Origin: Syntrophales bacterium
Lineage (GTDB): Bacteria > Desulfobacterota > Syntrophia > Syntrophales > PHBD01
DNA length: 64,000 nucleotides
Direction of reading: 5' to 3'
Assembly (NCBI GenBank): GCA_963668175.1
Contig: OY764159.1
Location: 2,048,001 to 2,112,000 of the forward strand
The position numbers and the translations under genes are program-made. Shown here piece after piece: positions 60,044 to 64,000 of the stretch; the first letter of the stretch is position 1, and every line of letters starts with the position of its first letter. A model generated the notes under the pieces. The model saw only the letters and a program-made list of their open reading frames with translations. It was not told the DNA's origin and did not search any database.

Positions 60044-60541
60044 GGTTTCCCTCCCGGCGCGGATTATCGCGGATTCGGCGCGGCGCCGTCAAGCATTGAT
60101 TTGAATCGGCTGGGGGGGCCGCCGCCGGGGCGGTTCCTGCCCGGGGATACGCCGTCACGGAGCGCCGGGCGGGCGGTGCAGGAAGAACGGCGGCTGCGCT
60201 GCTTCATGCGAATTGTTTTCCCTTTCCGTTCCGGTCCGGATGAGGTAGAATTTTTGAAGGTTCCGGGAGAACGGAAGCCTTGCCGGCGAAAGCGAAAGGG
60301 AAGGGGAAGGCAGCCCGCGCCGCCCGACGCAAGAACAGAGAGCCGAATGCCCCGCCGCAAGCGAGGGCCGTGTCAATAATGGCCGCCCCGCCGAAAGCGC
60401 CTGCCGGAAGCTCGGCCCGCAAGCGCCGACGGCGAAAAACAAAGGCAGGGCAAACCGGGATGACACGCGCAACACGCGCGGATTCTCCGCGAAGGGACGG
60501 ATGACGATGCAGGGCGCGGACTATCCGCGAAAGGGGAAAGC

Positions 60542-61342
60542 ATGAGCCTGTCCGACGAGCCGGTCCTGAGACTCGCCTTTTTCTTCGGCGTCCTGGCGGC
60601 GGTGGCCGCCTGGGAGGCCGTCGCCCCGCGCCGCCCGCTTACGGACAGCAAGGCGCGCCGCTGGTTTGCGAACCTGTCCCTGGTCGCCGTCAACACGGCG
60701 GCCGCCCGGGTCCTTTTCCCCCTCCTGCCCGTCGGGATGGCCGTTCTCGCCGGGCAGCGGGGCTGGGGCATCCTCCCCGCCCTCGCCCTGCCGCCGTGGG
60801 CCGGGTTTGCCGTTTCCGTCGCGGCCCTCGACTTCGTCATTTACATCCAGCACGTGCTTTTCCATTTTCTCCCCGTCCTCTGGCGCTTCCACCGGATGCA
60901 CCACACGGACCTCGACATCGACGTCACCACGGGCAGCCGCTTCCATCCCGTCGAGATCGTTATTTCCTTCGGCATCAAACTGGCGGCGGTCGCCCTGATC
61001 GGCCCCCCGGCCCCGGCGGTCCTCGCCTTCGAGATCCTCCTGAACGCGACGTCCCAGTTCAATCACGGCAATGTCCGCATGCCCGCCGCGCTGGACCGCC
61101 TGCTGCGGCTCTTCGTCGTCACGCCGGACATGCACCGGGTCCATCATTCCGTCGTCCCCCGCGAGACGAACAGCAATTTCGGCTTCAACCTGCCCTGGTG
61201 GGACCGCCTCTGCGGCACCTACCGCCGGGAGCCCGAGGAGGGGCACGCGGGGATGACCATCGGCCTCAGGGAATACCGGGACCCGGCGCTCCTCACGCTG
61301 CCCAGGCTCCTCGTCCAGCCGTTCGTCCGGCCGAAGGCGTGA
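60542..61342 (+). CDS. Sterol desaturase/fatty-acid hydroxylase family protein
   Basis: HVLFH, HRMHH, FNHGN, HRVHH His boxes. Confidence 0.92.
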   Translation: MSLSDEPVLRLAFFFGVLAAVAAWEAVAPRRPLTDSKARRWFANLSLVAVNTAAARVLFPLLPVGMAVLAGQRGWGILPALALPPWAGFAVSVAALDFVIYIQHVLFHFLPVLWRFHRMHHTDLDIDVTTGSRFHPVEIVISFGIKLAAVALIGPPAPAVLAFEILLNATSQFNHGNVRMPAALDRLLRLFVVTPDMHRVHHSVVPRETNSNFGFNLPWWDRLCGTYRREPEEGHAGMTIGLREYRDPALLTLPRLLVQPFVRPKA

Positions 61343-61628
61343 CGGCCGCAACGTTCCCGAAAACCGGCGCAGGGCCGCCCGGCGGCCGGCGATAAAATCG
61401 CAGGTGTCTTTCCGGCCCGCTTTCCACGCTGTTTTCCCTTTCCGTTCCGGCCCGAATAGGGTAAAATAAGGCGGACGACAAAAAACAAAAAGCCCCGTAT
61501 ATGAAACGCTCGACGGCCCCGGCGCATGCCAGACCTCCGGTGCAAGTGGATGCAGTATGGGTAGGGCGAAGGCCCGGCCCGCGGACTCGCTGATCGTCGG
61601 CTGAAACTGAGAAAGAAAGGCGCCTCAC

Positions 61629-62822
61629 ATGCAGGGTTACGAACTGGAACCGGATGCGCAAAGCGTCCCCGTTCCCGTCCTCGGAGGGAAATCCGTGCTG
61701 GGTCCGCAGGTCCGGGTTGCGCTCGCCGGGATCCGGAAGGGGACGCACGCCCACGGCATCGTCCAGGCGGTCCGCGACGCGGTCCTGGACATCACCGACT
61801 TCCGCTGGCTCTCCCGGGGCGACACCGTCTTCGTCAAGACGGCCAACAGCTCGCCCTTCCGCTATCCCGCCACAACGCATCCCCTGGCCGTGGTCGCCGT
61901 CGTCGGGCTCCTCCGGGAGCACGGGGCGGGCAGGGTCATCGTGGGCGACATGTCCGGCGTCCGTTACCTGCGCTTCACGCCCACGTCGTGCACCGGCAGC
62001 ACCCGCATGCTGATGGCCGATTCCGGCATGGCGGCGGCCGTCCTGGCGGCGGGCGGCGAGCTGCATTGCTTCGAGGAGCCCGGCTGGGACCACTTTTACG
62101 AGGAGAATCCCGCGCCGGGTTCGCACTGGAAGTACGGCCTCACGATGCCCGCCATCCTCAGGGAGGTCCGGCACATCGTCCTCATGCCCCGCTGCTCGAG
62201 GCACGTCATCACCGGCAGCACCCTGGGCCTGAAGGCGGCGGCGGGCTACTGGCGCCCCGACACGCGGCTGGAGTTCCACCGCGACGCCTCCACCCTGCAG
62301 GAGAAGACGGCGGAGGGCAACACGGTCCCGACCCTCCTCAAAAAACAGCGCCTGGTGGTTTCGATGGCGCACAAGATACTCACGACCGTGGGGCCGGACC
62401 GGGGCCACGTCTTCCAGCCCGGATACGGCCTGGTCCTCGCCTCCGAATCGGTCGTCGCCCACGACATGGTGGCGCTCGCGTGGCTTCTGGACAACCGGCG
62501 GTCCGTGCCCTTCTGGCGCTGGGACCGCTGGGTGGACCGCAGCGAGTACGCGGCCCGCTTCGCGAACCGCCTCGTCACGAACTGGCTGGGAGGGTGGCGC
62601 ACGGCCATGGAGGGGGAGCGGGTGAACAAGGACCCGCTGAACACCATCTGGGACGACCGGGTGCTGCTGCGCAGCTACGAGCTCTTCGGCGGCGTTCCCG
62701 ACATCCTGCTCGCCCCGGCCAACAAGGACATCGTCTCCGGCCTCCGGACCCGCCTCGCCCGGCTGACGGCCCCCCCGCCCGTCTATCCGCCCGAGAAAAC
62801 CGAAGAGCCCTATCTGGATTGA
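61629..62822 (+). CDS. DUF362 domain protein
   Basis: GD.VFVK..N....YPATTHP, V.VGD, H......TLGLK...G, VA.D. Confidence 0.82.
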   Translation: MQGYELEPDAQSVPVPVLGGKSVLGPQVRVALAGIRKGTHAHGIVQAVRDAVLDITDFRWLSRGDTVFVKTANSSPFRYPATTHPLAVVAVVGLLREHGAGRVIVGDMSGVRYLRFTPTSCTGSTRMLMADSGMAAAVLAAGGELHCFEEPGWDHFYEENPAPGSHWKYGLTMPAILREVRHIVLMPRCSRHVITGSTLGLKAAAGYWRPDTRLEFHRDASTLQEKTAEGNTVPTLLKKQRLVVSMAHKILTTVGPDRGHVFQPGYGLVLASESVVAHDMVALAWLLDNRRSVPFWRWDRWVDRSEYAARFANRLVTNWLGGWRTAMEGERVNKDPLNTIWDDRVLLRSYELFGGVPDILLAPANKDIVSGLRTRLARLTAPPPVYPPEKTEEPYLD

Positions 62823-63123
62823 AAAGGGAAGGCCCGCCGCCTTCCCCCGGAGGCATCCGGCATTCGCGGTTCGATTCCGGCCGTTCCCTGTTCCGCCGTT
62901 CGGCCTCGCGGTGCGCCGTGCTTCAAGATAATGACGCTTTTACCCGCCGCCCCAAGGTTCAACCTACCACTTTCCATCCCAACAACTATGCTTGTATGTC
63001 GTCGTCGGCCCCTGTAATCTGAGGACGTACAAGGGGTTGAGCGATTGCAGGAAAAGCGCTGCGGTCCGCATCGTCCGGGCGGCTGCTGCTTCGCCGGCGG
63101 CACTTCTATAGGAGGGAAAAGTT

Positions 63124-63726
63124 ATGAAGAAATACATTCTGACAGCGGTTTTCGCATGGGCGCTCATGGCGGCGCCGGTCCAGGCGGCGATAGTCGATTT
63201 CAGCGGGCTGCCCGCCACCGTCGATATTACGTTCGAGAATAATCCCGCCGGCCTGACGCTGAACGGGGTCACCATGGGGTACGATAATTTCGGCAGCGCA
63301 ACCGACTTTGCCGCGGCCGATCAACTGGGCATTTACGGCACGACTTACGGCGTCCTCGTTTTCAACTTCGCCACCCCGTCCGTCGGGTTGAAATTCAATT
63401 ATTCCGTCTATTACACCGGCGGGCCCGATCCCAATGCCCTGGTCACGCTCTTTTACAACCTGGGAAACTCCGGCGATGTGGCGACGAATGCGGGAGTGTA
63501 CGATCCTTCCATGGATTCCATCAGCGGCGTATTCGACTATAGCGGCGCCGTTTTCGACCAGGTGTTCATGTACTTCAGCCCGTTTCAGACGGACCCCAAC
63601 CTGTCGCCCTATATCTTCACCGTCGATCATATCGAGTATACGCCCGCGCCCGAACCGGCATCCATGCTGCTTTTGGGCCTGGGGGCCGTCGGCGTCGCCT
63701 TCCTGAGGAGAAAGACCAAAGCATAG
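63124..63726 (+). CDS. PEP-CTERM sorted surface protein
   Basis: Signal peptide; C-terminal APEPASMLLLGLG....LRRK. Confidence 0.92.
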   Translation: MKKYILTAVFAWALMAAPVQAAIVDFSGLPATVDITFENNPAGLTLNGVTMGYDNFGSATDFAAADQLGIYGTTYGVLVFNFATPSVGLKFNYSVYYTGGPDPNALVTLFYNLGNSGDVATNAGVYDPSMDSISGVFDYSGAVFDQVFMYFSPFQTDPNLSPYIFTVDHIEYTPAPEPASMLLLGLGAVGVAFLRRKTKA

Positions 63727-64000
63727 ACCCATCGTCCATCCCGTCGTCCATCCGGCCGACACCGTAGGCAGGGCAGGCAATGCCCTGCCTTTTCTTTTTC
63801 GCGATTTCTCGCACCGTCCCCCATCGGGAAAATCGTCCTTTTTTGAAGCTGCGTCGCGCAGCGGGAAGCCGGATGCGGGGCGGCGATTCGGCTGTGCTTG
63901 TGACGGCGCCGCCGTAAAGCGGACCGGAAAACCGGGCGAAGGCCGCGCCGCCGTGGGTTTTCAACGGCGACAAGGCACGCCGGACGGGGGCCGCTGCCGG

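Noticed and set aside
62940..63110. Riboswitch (e.g. c-di-GMP) upstream of the PEP-CTERM gene
   Set aside because: Consensus motifs could not be matched by eye; an Rfam scan would settle it
1..64000. tRNA/rRNA genes
   Set aside because: None recognised; the boxA-like motifs are not followed by rRNA sequence

Overview
High-GC bacterial window; gene content suggests a Desulfobacterota/Syntrophales-like anaerobe (inference). Ordinary genes include an arsenic-resistance cluster, ClC channel, Pal, a sigma54-controlled CoA-activase, a MacB-type ABC operon, a TRAP transporter, a spermidine-synthase-like membrane protein and a PEP-CTERM protein. These are interleaved with AT-rich accessory DNA. The centrepiece is a minus-strand polymorphic-toxin locus (29.5-44.9 kb): a signal-peptide-bearing Rhs gene and its immunity gene, then six orphan toxin-tip/immunity cassettes and a seventh stub. 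All seven orphans start at the same codon of the Rhs core (IDEPL/IDEAL), behind an in-frame stop, and 5-6 nt downstream of a GTTCTTTGA(A/C)AA motif that resembles the Nus-factor boxA antitermination element. A family of ~18-21-nt GC hairpins recurs as discrete insertions: in frame in four orphan Rhs cores (adding CAPCIGG), in cassette spacers, inside a MITE-like repeat, and as a tandem array. Other notable items are a GAF-kinase/receiver/nuclease operon at the left edge, a phage-like ERF-SSB operon, a Tlde1-like toxin pair, and three copies of the spermidine-synthase 3' end sharing one breakpoint (stacked integrations). All calls come from reading the sequence and motifs by eye; no searches were run.
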